Below, piece by piece: positions 48,924-58,319 of a stretch of 64,000 nt of DNA. Below the pieces are notes generated by a model. That model did not search any database. It saw only the letters and a program-made list of their open reading frames with translations, and was not told where the DNA came from. A program made the position numbers and the translations under genes. Numbering within the stretch: the stretch's first letter is position 1; the number at the start of each line of letters is the position of its first letter. Source of the DNA: Gemmatimonadaceae bacterium. Lineage in GTDB: Bacteria > Gemmatimonadota > Gemmatimonadetes > Gemmatimonadales > Gemmatimonadaceae. The DNA is taken from contig JBHYGA010000001.1 of NCBI GenBank assembly GCA_051859245.1, forward strand, positions 1,469,722 through 1,533,721, in the 5' to 3' direction.

Positions 48924-49870
48924 ACGGTCTGGAGTTTCTGTCTCAGTTGGCAGCGCGCGCGGCCGCGTCGCCGCGTACGATTCTTTTTCCCGAAGCCAAC
49001 GACCCGCGCGTTCGTGAGGCGGTCACCAGGCTGAACGCGGCCGGCACCGTGCGGGCGGTGCTTGTGGAGAATGTGGCTGAGGATTCGCGCTTGGCCAACG
49101 TTGCCGATCACCTGTACAAGCGCCGTGCGTCACGCGGACTCACGTATGCCGAAGCGCTCGCACATGCGCACGATCCGCTGGTGTTCGCAGACGGCCTCGT
49201 CGCACTCGGCCAGGCAGACGGCTGCGTGGCCGGCGCGGTGTACACGACGGGTGATGTGATTCGTGCCGCGCTATGGATGATTGGAACGACTGAAGGTGTG
49301 CGCACCGTCTCCAGCTCGTTTTACATGGTGGTGCCCTCGTTTCGCGGACAGGGCGACGAAGTCCTCACGTTCACGGACTGTGCCGTGCTGCCTGAACCAA
49401 CGGCAGAACAGCTGGCAGATATCGCACTCGCTGCCGCCGCTGATCGCGTGCGCATCGTGGGCGACGTCCCCAGGGTCGCGTTTCTGTCCTTCAGCACCCG
49501 CGGTAGCGCTCATGCCGCGAGTGCTGAGCGGGCCCGGGCAGCCATCGAGCTGGTGCGCGCGCAGCGCGCAGATCTCGAAGTCGACGGCGAGCTACAGGCC
49601 GACGCGGCGCTGATCGAGAGCATCGGGGCCAGAAAAGCGCCGGGCTCGAGGGTAGCCGGACGGGCTAATGTTCTGGTCTTCCCGTCACTGGATTCGGGAA
49701 ACATCGGCTACAAGCTGGTGGAGCGATTAGCCGGGGCGAAGGCCGTCGGGCCGATCCTTCAGGGGCTGGCGCAACCGGCGAGCGACCTTTCGCGGGGCGC
49801 CTCAGCGGACGACATTGTACATGTGGCGGCGATTACTGCACTGCAGTCCGCCGGGGCTCGCGGCGCGTAA
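48920..49870 (+). CDS. pta: Phosphate acetyltransferase (short form)
   Basis: FPEAND.R, DCAV, LSFST.GS, DGELQADAA, GNIGYK and DLSRG motifs. Confidence 0.92.
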   Translation: MNGLEFLSQLAARAAASPRTILFPEANDPRVREAVTRLNAAGTVRAVLVENVAEDSRLANVADHLYKRRASRGLTYAEALAHAHDPLVFADGLVALGQADGCVAGAVYTTGDVIRAALWMIGTTEGVRTVSSSFYMVVPSFRGQGDEVLTFTDCAVLPEPTAEQLADIALAAAADRVRIVGDVPRVAFLSFSTRGSAHAASAERARAAIELVRAQRADLEVDGELQADAALIESIGARKAPGSRVAGRANVLVFPSLDSGNIGYKLVERLAGAKAVGPILQGLAQPASDLSRGASADDIVHVAAITALQSAGARGA

Positions 49871-49918
49871 GCGCGTCATGCGGGTGGCGGCCACTTCATC
49901 TTTGGTGTGGAGATTGAC

Positions 49919-50251
49919 ATGGGTTTTGCGATCGAGCGAGATGGAGATCTGCTTGCAGTGTCTGTTGACGGCCAGTTGGTCGTAGGAAATCGCCAGGAGT
50001 TCAAGCAGCTCGTGCTCGACGAAGTTGAAGAAGGCGCACGTCGGGTCCTGATCGATTTTTCAAACACGGGATATATCGACAGCTCAGGACTCGGAGCCCT
50101 CGTTTCGCTCGGTAAGCGGATTCGTGAGCGCGGCGGTGAACTGCGTCTGGCGGGATTGAATGAAGATCTGCGCACGCTCTTCGAACTCACGCGTCTCGAC
50201 ACGCTCTTCAAGTTGTACGATGCCCGCGACACCGCGCTCGTCGGTTTCTGA
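49919..50251 (+). CDS. STAS anti-sigma-factor antagonist (RsbV/SpoIIAA type)
   Basis: YIDSSGLGALV phospho-Ser motif; FELTRL. Confidence 0.93.
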   Translation: MGFAIERDGDLLAVSVDGQLVVGNRQEFKQLVLDEVEEGARRVLIDFSNTGYIDSSGLGALVSLGKRIRERGGELRLAGLNEDLRTLFELTRLDTLFKLYDARDTALVGF

Positions 50252-50252
50252 C

Positions 50253-50681
50253 ATGAGCGGCGGTGCGGGCGCATCGCGCATGGAGTGGTCGATTGCGTCC
50301 GACGTGCGGGAAATCGCGGCGGTCGTGGAAGCCGTGGCCGGTGCGTGCGTTGCAGCGGGGTTTGCTGACAAGGCGTGTCGCTTGAACGTGCCCGTTGCGC
50401 TGACGGAGGCCATGGCCAACGCCATCGTGCGAGGCAACGGGAGCGATGCAACACGTCGCGTGCGAGTGACGGCCTGCATTGCCAATGACACGCTACACGT
50501 TGAAGTCACCGACGAAGGCACTGGCTTCGATCTCGCGGCTGCCCGCGCGATGTGTGACGACCCCGAGTGGGTGGAGCGCGAAGACGGGCGCGGCGTATTT
50601 CTGATGCACGCGTTGATGGACAAAGTGGAAACATGGTGCGACGCCGGGCATACCGTGCGACTGGTGCTGCGTCGCACATGA
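50253..50681 (+). CDS. Anti-sigma factor Ser kinase (RsbW/SpoIIAB type HATPase)
   Basis: EAMANAI, DEGTGFD and GRGVFLM..LMD motifs. Confidence 0.9.
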   Translation: MSGGAGASRMEWSIASDVREIAAVVEAVAGACVAAGFADKACRLNVPVALTEAMANAIVRGNGSDATRRVRVTACIANDTLHVEVTDEGTGFDLAAARAMCDDPEWVEREDGRGVFLMHALMDKVETWCDAGHTVRLVLRRT

Positions 50682-52360
50682 ATACCCTTGGTGCCGTGCT
50701 TGGCGCCTATGGTGCGGCGTCAGGACGTGACGCCGCGCTCTTTGAATGGCGCTCGGCAGATCAGGCGCCGCGGTTGCTCGCGGCAACTGATCCAGCGCGC
50801 GCCGCAGAGTTGCTTCCGCCGGGAGCGACATCTGATGAGGTGGTGCCGTGGGCGCGCAGCAACGGCTACCGCGCCGTGTCCGTGGGCAGCAACATGCTGC
50901 CTACGTGGTTGGTGATGGCGCCGTTGCTCGATGGCAACCACGCGTCGCTGGATACGCACGATGCGCAGGCTATCGATGCGTTCGTCAGTGCGGTGTTGCC
51001 GCATGTACGCCGACTCGTGCGTGAACGCGACGGTGCGACGCATGAACTGGCCGAACGGTACGAAGAAATCAGTTTGCTGTACGCGATCGGTGAATTGCTG
51101 GGAAGTGGCGCGTCGGTTGAATCCGTTGCGTTTACGGTGCTTCGCGAACTCGCGCAAACGGTTGGTGCGCCGCGTGGTGCGCTGATGTTGCACGATCCGC
51201 TGCGCGATGTGCTCGTGCCGGCGGCATTGCTCGGAATCGCACCGTCAGAAACCACGATTGTCAGTGCCAACGACGAGCACTTGTTGGCCGTGCGCGCCTT
51301 TCGTAGCGGCGAAACGTTCGTCGAAGAGGGCGGGGCACTCTCCCGCTTGGGCGCACCGCTGCTGGCGTCAGACGGCGGGCCGGTATTAGCCGTGCCGATC
51401 CGACGCACATCGGCCGGCGGCACCATGTCGCTTGGCTCGGTGCTGCTGGCTGGCCGAGTGGGTGATCCGCCGTTCAGTGCCGGTGATCGCAAGCTCGTCA
51501 CCGCTATTGCGTCGCAGGTTGGTACCGCGCTGCACAACGCGCGACTTGTTCGTGCAGCGCTCGAGCAGGAGCAGCTGGCGCGTGAAATGCGATTGGCGCA
51601 CGAGTTGCAGCTCAAGCTGTTGCCCAATCCGAGTGTGGTCGGTCCCGAAGCGCGTGCGGCCGCGCGTGTGGTGCCGGCTGAAAGTGTTGGCGGTGACTTC
51701 TATCTGCTGGCGCGACTTGCGGCTGATCGTACCGGCGTCGTGATCGGTGACGTGTCGGGCCACGGGTATCAGGCGGCGCTGGTGATGGCGCTCGCGATCA
51801 GTGCGGCTGCGATTCATGTGCAAGCGGTAATCGATCCCGGCGTGGCGCTTGATGCGGTGCGTCGCTCACTCATTGACGAACTCGAGAGCACCGAGATGTC
51901 GATCACGCTGTTCTACGGCGTGATTGATGACGAGAGCGGAGTTCTGCGTTTTGCCAATGCAGGGCACCCGCACGCGTTTGTATTGCGCGCGGATGGGTCC
52001 ACCGAACGCCTCGCCGCGCTTGTGCCACCGCTTGGTTTCTGCGGTGATATTCCGGCCAGCCAGGAAGTGTCGTGGGGCACAGGCGATCGGCTTTTGCTCT
52101 TCACCGACGGTGTGGTCGACGCACGCAACGTGCAGGGCGAGCGATTTGGTGAAACGGCCGTTCTCAAGGCGGCGCTGCAATCGGATCCGAACCCCGAGCG
52201 AGTGCTGGCGTCAGTCTTTGACGCGGTGCACGAGTTCGTGGGCGTCACGCCACTCATGGACGATCTGGCGGTGGTGGTTCTTGATCGCGCCGGGGTGCGC
52301 GCCGAAACCATGTCCATGCCTCACCTCGAACTGCGATCCATGCAACGTGCGCCCGCGTGA
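50678..52360 (+). CDS. GAF-domain SpoIIE/RsbU-type PP2C phosphatase
   Basis: GAF region; VGGDFY, GDVSGHG, NAGH, FTDG and DDLAV motifs. Confidence 0.92.
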   Translation: MNTLGAVLGAYGAASGRDAALFEWRSADQAPRLLAATDPARAAELLPPGATSDEVVPWARSNGYRAVSVGSNMLPTWLVMAPLLDGNHASLDTHDAQAIDAFVSAVLPHVRRLVRERDGATHELAERYEEISLLYAIGELLGSGASVESVAFTVLRELAQTVGAPRGALMLHDPLRDVLVPAALLGIAPSETTIVSANDEHLLAVRAFRSGETFVEEGGALSRLGAPLLASDGGPVLAVPIRRTSAGGTMSLGSVLLAGRVGDPPFSAGDRKLVTAIASQVGTALHNARLVRAALEQEQLAREMRLAHELQLKLLPNPSVVGPEARAAARVVPAESVGGDFYLLARLAADRTGVVIGDVSGHGYQAALVMALAISAAAIHVQAVIDPGVALDAVRRSLIDELESTEMSITLFYGVIDDESGVLRFANAGHPHAFVLRADGSTERLAALVPPLGFCGDIPASQEVSWGTGDRLLLFTDGVVDARNVQGERFGETAVLKAALQSDPNPERVLASVFDAVHEFVGVTPLMDDLAVVVLDRAGVRAETMSMPHLELRSMQRAPA

Positions 52361-53178
52361 GTGATCGTCCGCCTCCACCACGCAAGCGTTTTGGTCAGCA
52401 CTTTCTGCATGATTCGCGGGCGCTTGATGCGATTGTCGACGCGCTTGGACCACTCGCCGGAAAAACGGTTGTCGAGATTGGCCCTGGGCGTGGTGCGTTG
52501 ACCGATCGACTTGTTGAACGTGCGGGTAACGTGGTGGCGATCGAGCTCGATCGTCAACTCGCGGAACGGTTACGCGTGCAGCATGCGGCGCGGCCGCACG
52601 TACGCATTATCGAGGCGGATGTACTGCACGTGCCGCTCGGCGAAGTCGCGGGCGGCCCGTATGTGCTCGCGGGCAACGTGCCGTATTACATCACCACGCC
52701 CATTCTTTTTCACGCGATGGAGCAGCCGCGACCTGACGTGGCCGTCTATCTCGTGCAACGAGAAGTGGCTGATCGTATGGCCGCCGCGCCGTCGAGCAAA
52801 ATTTACGGCGCGCTGAGTGTGAACCTGCAGGCCCTTGCCAGTGTGCAGTTCATTCGCGCGGTCGGACCCAAAAGCTTTACGCCGCCGCCAACGGTTGAGT
52901 CGGCGATTGTGCGCGTGATTCCGCACGCAACCCCCGTTGTTGATCCGCAGCTTGAACCGGTGTTTCGCACGTTCGTTATCGGTGCGTTTGGCCTGCGTCG
53001 CAAGCAGCTGGTTCGCGTATTGCGCACGCTCACACCGCTTGATGCCGACGCGAGTACGGAAGTGCTCGCCTCATGCGGGATCGACCCGATGGCGCGTGCC
53101 GAAACACTCTCGCCCACGCAGTTCGCGCAGTTGGTGCGCGCACTGGTCGCGCGCGGCGTTACTCTCCGCGGTTTGTAA
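52357..53178 (+). CDS. rsmA: 16S rRNA dimethyladenosine transferase RsmA/KsgA
   Basis: KRFGQHFL, EIGPGRG, NVPYYIT and RAETLS motifs. Confidence 0.97.
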   Translation: MSDRPPPPRKRFGQHFLHDSRALDAIVDALGPLAGKTVVEIGPGRGALTDRLVERAGNVVAIELDRQLAERLRVQHAARPHVRIIEADVLHVPLGEVAGGPYVLAGNVPYYITTPILFHAMEQPRPDVAVYLVQREVADRMAAAPSSKIYGALSVNLQALASVQFIRAVGPKSFTPPPTVESAIVRVIPHATPVVDPQLEPVFRTFVIGAFGLRRKQLVRVLRTLTPLDADASTEVLASCGIDPMARAETLSPTQFAQLVRALVARGVTLRGL

Positions 53179-53797
53179 GCGCGTACGAGAGACCTTCCAG
53201 CTCCATCGCCATGTTGACGGTTTTGACGGCGATGTGTGGCGGTACATGCAGGCTTGTGGGCGCGAAGCTGAGAATGGCGCGCACGCCGGCGGCCACGATT
53301 TGATCCACGACTTCCTGCGCGTCATCGGCCGGAATGGCGAGCACCGCAATGTCGACCTGATGCGTCTGCACGTCGTCGGCGAGCTCGGAAATGTCTTGCA
53401 CCGTGGCATCGCCCCAAGGCCGTCCGATCTTCTCCGGGTTCTTGTCGTACACGCCGATCACCTTGAACCCGCGCTGCCGGAACCCGCGGTACTCAGCGAG
53501 CGCCGAACCAATTTTTCCCGCCCCGACGATCACCACCTGCCACGCCTGACCAAGACCCATGATATCACGCAGTCGGGCTGACAGCTCGTGCACCGGGTAG
53601 CCGAGTCCCCGCTTTCCGAACGATCCGAAAAACGACAGATCCTTGCGAACCTGTGCCGGCGTGGTGCCACAGAGCTGGGCGAGTTCATCGCTGGACGCCG
53701 TCTTCTGGCCAGACTCGTCCAGGCCCTCCAGGTAGCGGAGGTACATGGAAAGTCGGCGGACGGTCGATTCCGCGATGCGCTTGGGGGAGAGGGTCAT
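53159..53797 (-). CDS. rex: Redox-sensing repressor Rex
   Basis: RRLSMYLR, VRKDLSFFG.FGKRGLGY, GAGKIG and ILSFAP motifs. Confidence 0.97.
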   Translation of the reverse strand: MTLSPKRIAESTVRRLSMYLRYLEGLDESGQKTASSDELAQLCGTTPAQVRKDLSFFGSFGKRGLGYPVHELSARLRDIMGLGQAWQVVIVGAGKIGSALAEYRGFRQRGFKVIGVYDKNPEKIGRPWGDATVQDISELADDVQTHQVDIAVLAIPADDAQEVVDQIVAAGVRAILSFAPTSLHVPPHIAVKTVNMAMELEGLSYALTNRGE

Positions 53798-53806
53798 GTG
53801 GGTGTC

Positions 53807-53824
53807 TTGTGAAATTCTTCACAA
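53807..53824. promoter_or_regulatory. Rex operator (ROP)
   Basis: Perfect palindrome TTGTGAA-attc-TTCACAA, 9 nt upstream of the rex ATG. Confidence 0.9.
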
Positions 53825-53887
53825 AGTTATCCGACCAGCCCGCGGGATTCCAGCGCGGGGTGCCTTTCCCGGCGCTACTTTCACACC

Positions 53888-54979
53888 ATGCGACGCTTTT
53901 CACGCCCACCCCGACCAGAGTTGAGCGGCCACCAGCCGCTCGATGCCGTGATCGAGGCGATGCGTGAACCGATCACCCGCGTGGCGCCTGAGCCCACGTC
54001 GCTCTCAGAGCGCGCCGCGCGGGTCCTCACGGCCGGACCGCGGGACGCCCGGTCGCTCATGCGCGAAGTGTGCCGGCTGGATCGCCTGACCGAAGACGCA
54101 GCGCAGCGCATGGCCGAGGTGCTGCTCGGCGCGCGCGACAACTTCGTGCAGTTGGACGATGATCGTTGGGCCCTCGTATTGGATGGGGAGCTCTGCCTGG
54201 AGCGTGTGTCGCAGCCAATCGGCGGCGCAGCGACAAGCGAGCTGCCTGATGCCACGCCGTTTCAACACGCGGCACGGCCGGAGGCGACCGCCACCCGGAA
54301 CGTCCTGAGTCAGCGATACGGAAAGCGCGCGCTCAGCGTGCCCGCCACTCGGCTCGTCGACATTCGATTCGCCGTAGTAGACGTTGAGACCACCGGTTCG
54401 CATGCGGGCTCGGTGGATCGCATTACCGAAATCGCCATCGTCACGGTGACGAACGGCGTCGTCGCCGAGCCCTGGCAGCAGCTGGTCAACCCCGGTCGAT
54501 TGATTCCCCCGTTTATCACTGGATTGACCGGCATCTCCAACGCCATGGTCGCGAACGCGCCGCGTTTTGATGACATCGCCGATGAAGTCGTGTCGCGACT
54601 TGATGGTCATGTGTTCACGGCGCACAACGCCGCCTTCGACTGGCGATTTGTTGACAACGAACTGTCGCGCGCGCTGCGCACCCGACTGACCGGTACATCG
54701 TTGTGCACGGTGCGCTTGTCGCGCAAGATGTTGCCGTCATTGCCCAAGCGATCGCTTGATCGTGTGTGCGCGTACTTTGGCATTCGCATTGATGGTCGAC
54801 ATCGTGCGGGCGGCGACGCGCACGCCACCGCGCACGTACTCGTACGTCTGCTTGAAATCGCGCACGACGCGGGCATCGATACGTGGCCCCAGTTGCTCAA
54901 GCATCTCAACGGTTCGCCCAAGCGCACCACGCGCCCGTCGGCGCTCCCAACTCCTGTTCGCGAGGACACCTCGGCGTGA
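53888..54979 (+). CDS. DEDDh 3'-5' exonuclease (DnaQ/PolC-like) with N-terminal extension
   Basis: VVDVETTG, AHNAAFD and HRAGGDA motifs. Confidence 0.88.
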   Translation: MRRFSRPPRPELSGHQPLDAVIEAMREPITRVAPEPTSLSERAARVLTAGPRDARSLMREVCRLDRLTEDAAQRMAEVLLGARDNFVQLDDDRWALVLDGELCLERVSQPIGGAATSELPDATPFQHAARPEATATRNVLSQRYGKRALSVPATRLVDIRFAVVDVETTGSHAGSVDRITEIAIVTVTNGVVAEPWQQLVNPGRLIPPFITGLTGISNAMVANAPRFDDIADEVVSRLDGHVFTAHNAAFDWRFVDNELSRALRTRLTGTSLCTVRLSRKMLPSLPKRSLDRVCAYFGIRIDGRHRAGGDAHATAHVLVRLLEIAHDAGIDTWPQLLKHLNGSPKRTTRPSALPTPVREDTSA

Positions 54980-55857
54980 CTGCTCCACAACCACTCGTAC
55001 AATCGCGTCAACTCGGGCGTTGGCGTATTCACGCCATTCAAGCGGGCGGCCAACAGCTCGACGGTGGCGCCATGTTTGGTGTTGTTCCCAAAACATTGTG
55101 GGAACGCCGCATTCCGGCCGATGCGCGCAATCGCATTCCCATGGGCATGCGGTGTCTGCTTGTGGAGCACGATGATGGTCTCGTGCTGATTGATACGGGA
55201 TCCGGCAACAAGGAGAACGAGAAGTTTCACCAGATCTACGGCATTGAAAACGCAGGCGCCGATGGTCGCACCAATCTTGAGGATGGGTTGCGTGCGCTTG
55301 GATTTGCGCCCAGTGATGTTTCGCTGGTGATCAATACGCATTTGCATTTTGATCACGCCGGCGGTAACACGTGGCGCACACCATCGGGCACGGTGGAGGC
55401 GTCGTTCCCGAACGCACGCTACGTGGTGCAGCGCGGCGAAATGCACTGGGCCACGCACACAAACGAGCGCACCGCGGCCAGCTATTTTGGCGCAAACTGG
55501 GATGCGATTGTGGCGAACGACCGGTTTGATCTGCTGGAGGGTGAACCCGAGTTACGCCCCGGAATTCAATTGCTGCGCACACCGGGGCACACGCCGCACC
55601 ACCAGAGTGTGAAGCTCACGTCTGGTGGTGAGACGGCGGTGTTTCTGGCAGACGTCACGCCAACGGCGTCACATTTGCCGCTGCCATGGATCATGGGCTA
55701 CGATGTGGAGCCACTGGTCACGCTCGAGTCGAAGCGCCATCTGCACGCGAAAGCCGCCGCGGAAGACTGGCTGCTGATCTTTGAGCACGATGCCACACAC
55801 GCGTGGGGGCGTATTGAACACGATGGCAAGGCGTACGCGCTCATTGAGGGGAGCTGA
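54976..55857 (+). CDS. MBL-fold metallo-hydrolase (YtnP-like)
   Basis: LDGGAMFGVVPK, THLHFDHAGG, GHT.HH and FEHD motifs; GTG overlaps the upstream TGA. Confidence 0.92.
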   Translation: MTAPQPLVQSRQLGRWRIHAIQAGGQQLDGGAMFGVVPKTLWERRIPADARNRIPMGMRCLLVEHDDGLVLIDTGSGNKENEKFHQIYGIENAGADGRTNLEDGLRALGFAPSDVSLVINTHLHFDHAGGNTWRTPSGTVEASFPNARYVVQRGEMHWATHTNERTAASYFGANWDAIVANDRFDLLEGEPELRPGIQLLRTPGHTPHHQSVKLTSGGETAVFLADVTPTASHLPLPWIMGYDVEPLVTLESKRHLHAKAAAEDWLLIFEHDATHAWGRIEHDGKAYALIEGS

Positions 55858-55963
55858 GGCCTAAGCACGATGCGGATTGGCGGCGTCTCCACAGTGAACC
55901 CTGTGAAGGCGAGACGTGTCCACTCTACGGACTCACACTTTTCCCGAACGTGCGGAGCGCGCG

Positions 55964-57109
55964 ATGAAGTGCAGGCTCTTGGTTGCTGGCGTTGTACTGC
56001 TGAGTGCGTGTGATACAAAACGCGTCGATGACTCCTCGGGCTTGCGGGTGACCGTGGACAGCTCGGGCACAGTGCCGGTTGTCAGCATCGCAGGCGAGGC
56101 ACCGCTGTGGTCGCTCGATTCGATCGCGGTGATACGGGCTGAACCAACGGTTGGTTTTTCGCGCGTGCGCTCCGTGGCCCTGGATCCGCGTGGTGGTGTG
56201 TGGGTGGCCGATGTTGGCGAGCATCGACTGTCGTACTTTGGTGATAACGGCGCATGGATTGAGGATCGCGGGCGCGTGGGCAGCGGGCCAGGGGAGTTTC
56301 GTTCGCCGTATTCGATCGCCGTGCATAGCGGTTCGCTGTTTGTGCACGATGTAGACAACTCTCGCATCGTTCGTTTTGCGCTTGATGGTAGGTCGGACAC
56401 GTCGTGGGTGATTGGCAGCCGGTTGTCGGGCGACGCAATGACCGTGCGCCTGTATCCGCACCCCGACGGTCCGCTGCTCTTTGATCTGGTCCGCGATACA
56501 ACGCCACCGCGGCAGGTGTACGCACGTGTCGGGCGCGATGAACGCCTCAGCGTGCCTCCGCGCGGAACGCCGGTCATGGACAGCAAAGAGTGTATGAGTG
56601 TGGACGCCATTCATTTTTTCGGTTCGCCATTCTCACCGATGTCGATTTCGTCGTCGTACGGCAGTGGCTCCGTGGCCACCGAAGGCGGGGATTACCGTCT
56701 CAACTTTTTCGGTCGCGAGGGAGCGCTCGAGCGTACCGTTACGCGCGACGTCGCGCGAGACTCAGTTTCGCAGGCCGAGTTCGACGCTGAAAACGCCGAT
56801 TGGTTGAAGTTCGCAGCGGCGAACAACACCGCCGGTTGTCGCGGCGACATCAAACGTTACGAGTTCAAGCCTGCGATCCGTGCGCTGCTGCCAGATGCTG
56901 ATGGTCGCCTGTGGGTAGAACGTCGGAAGCAGGGCGGATTCGTATACGAGGTTTGGCAAGGCGATTCGTTGCTCGCGCAGGTACCGGCGCCAGAGCGCGA
57001 GGCGGATATTCCGCCGGTGATGCTCGGAGATCGCCTCGCGGTGGTCGCGGATTCACCGGATGAGGGACATGAGGTGCGGTTGTATCGGATCCGAAAGACT
57101 GGTCCGTGA
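55964..57109 (+). CDS. Lipoprotein, 6-bladed beta-propeller / NHL-like
   Basis: Lipobox LLSAC; GRVGSGPGEF, VWVAD and DADGRLWV motifs. Confidence 0.78.
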   Translation: MKCRLLVAGVVLLSACDTKRVDDSSGLRVTVDSSGTVPVVSIAGEAPLWSLDSIAVIRAEPTVGFSRVRSVALDPRGGVWVADVGEHRLSYFGDNGAWIEDRGRVGSGPGEFRSPYSIAVHSGSLFVHDVDNSRIVRFALDGRSDTSWVIGSRLSGDAMTVRLYPHPDGPLLFDLVRDTTPPRQVYARVGRDERLSVPPRGTPVMDSKECMSVDAIHFFGSPFSPMSISSSYGSGSVATEGGDYRLNFFGREGALERTVTRDVARDSVSQAEFDAENADWLKFAAANNTAGCRGDIKRYEFKPAIRALLPDADGRLWVERRKQGGFVYEVWQGDSLLAQVPAPEREADIPPVMLGDRLAVVADSPDEGHEVRLYRIRKTGP

Positions 57110-58209
57110 TTAACGCGCGGTGGAGAGCCTTCGCTCGATCAGCGTGGCTGGCCTGCGTCGCCGCGCTGTTCGCGATTCTGCTGCCTGCCTGCGCCAACGA
57201 ACAGCACATCGGCGGCGAACACCGCACCACCGAGTTTCCCCTGCGTTTCGAACTGCAATCGGTGGGATTCGTTCACGACACGTTGTTTCACGGACCCGCG
57301 GTGTTGGCGAGATTTTTGAGGACACGGTCGGGCGATCTATTCGTCGGTCCGTTCAGGCGAGGTGAAACGGCATTGTCGCGCGTGAGCACCGATCTGCGTA
57401 CGGTGGAGGCTGCGGTTCGTCGCGGATTCGGACCGGGTGAAGCGACGGGTAGTTTCGTTTACGCGCTTGCCCCGGACGATGCTCTTATTCTGGCTGCTCG
57501 TGAGCTGGGCCGGAGTCAGGTGCTGACGCGCGATGGAGAACTGCGGTTCGGCGCGCCTACATTGATGTATCCTGATGGCGTTGGGCTCTGCGGTGGTCGC
57601 GTCGTCATGACGGGTTCGTCCTTCGCAGAGGGGCGGATCGGCGCTGGTGTGTACGCCGCGGATTCCGGAGCGCAACAGGTGGTGCTTCTGCACTCGCTGG
57701 AAACGGACTCATCGCGGCGAATCGTCGGCGTCGTCGAAAGCCTGCTCTCTATGCGCCGAGACCGGCTGGTGGCGGCAATCCCCAATCGACCTGAGGTGGC
57801 GGTGTCGGATAGTGGCTGCCAGAAGTTCAGGCGAGTCGTAATCCCACTCTCTTGGTTCAAGCCGTGGACCGGCAACAATACCGGCGGACCGGAAGTACGT
57901 CCAAACGTGCTCGATATTCAGTGGCACAACGACTCCGTTGCCCTCCTGCATATCGTTCGTGCCAACCCTGACGCCGGAGTCAAGAAGGGAGCGGGAGCAA
58001 CAGATGCGCCCACCGCGAGTGTGGCGAACGTTCCGCTGTTTCTGAGCGACCTTGTGGCATTTCATGTGGAAACCGGGCGCGTCATGGCGTATTTGACCGG
58101 ACGCTACATGCCCTACAAGTTCACGAGCGATGGTGAGATCGCAGTGCATCATTTCGGCGATATCGATGCTACGGAGCTACGCACGCTCCGCCTCGTTCCC
58201 TCGCGCTGA
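57106..58209 (+). CDS. Hypothetical lipoprotein, probably a divergent beta-propeller
   Basis: Lipobox LLPAC; RRGFGPGEA resembles the upstream gene's GSGPGEF; GTGA overlap. Confidence 0.62.
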   Translation: MINARWRAFARSAWLACVAALFAILLPACANEQHIGGEHRTTEFPLRFELQSVGFVHDTLFHGPAVLARFLRTRSGDLFVGPFRRGETALSRVSTDLRTVEAAVRRGFGPGEATGSFVYALAPDDALILAARELGRSQVLTRDGELRFGAPTLMYPDGVGLCGGRVVMTGSSFAEGRIGAGVYAADSGAQQVVLLHSLETDSSRRIVGVVESLLSMRRDRLVAAIPNRPEVAVSDSGCQKFRRVVIPLSWFKPWTGNNTGGPEVRPNVLDIQWHNDSVALLHIVRANPDAGVKKGAGATDAPTASVANVPLFLSDLVAFHVETGRVMAYLTGRYMPYKFTSDGEIAVHHFGDIDATELRTLRLVPSR

Positions 58210-58262
58210 GGCAGGTTTGCCGGTCGCGGTTCCTGAGGAGGCTTGGACGGCTGACGCCCCCC

Positions 58263-58291
58263 TTGACCTGCGCTCCGGACTCAGCCACTTT
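58263..58291 (+). promoter_or_regulatory. sigma70-type promoter of infC-rpmI-rplT
   Basis: TTGACC, N17, CACTTT. Confidence 0.55.
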
Positions 58292-58319
58292 TCATTGTTG
58301 GTGGTAGTACGACAACTCG

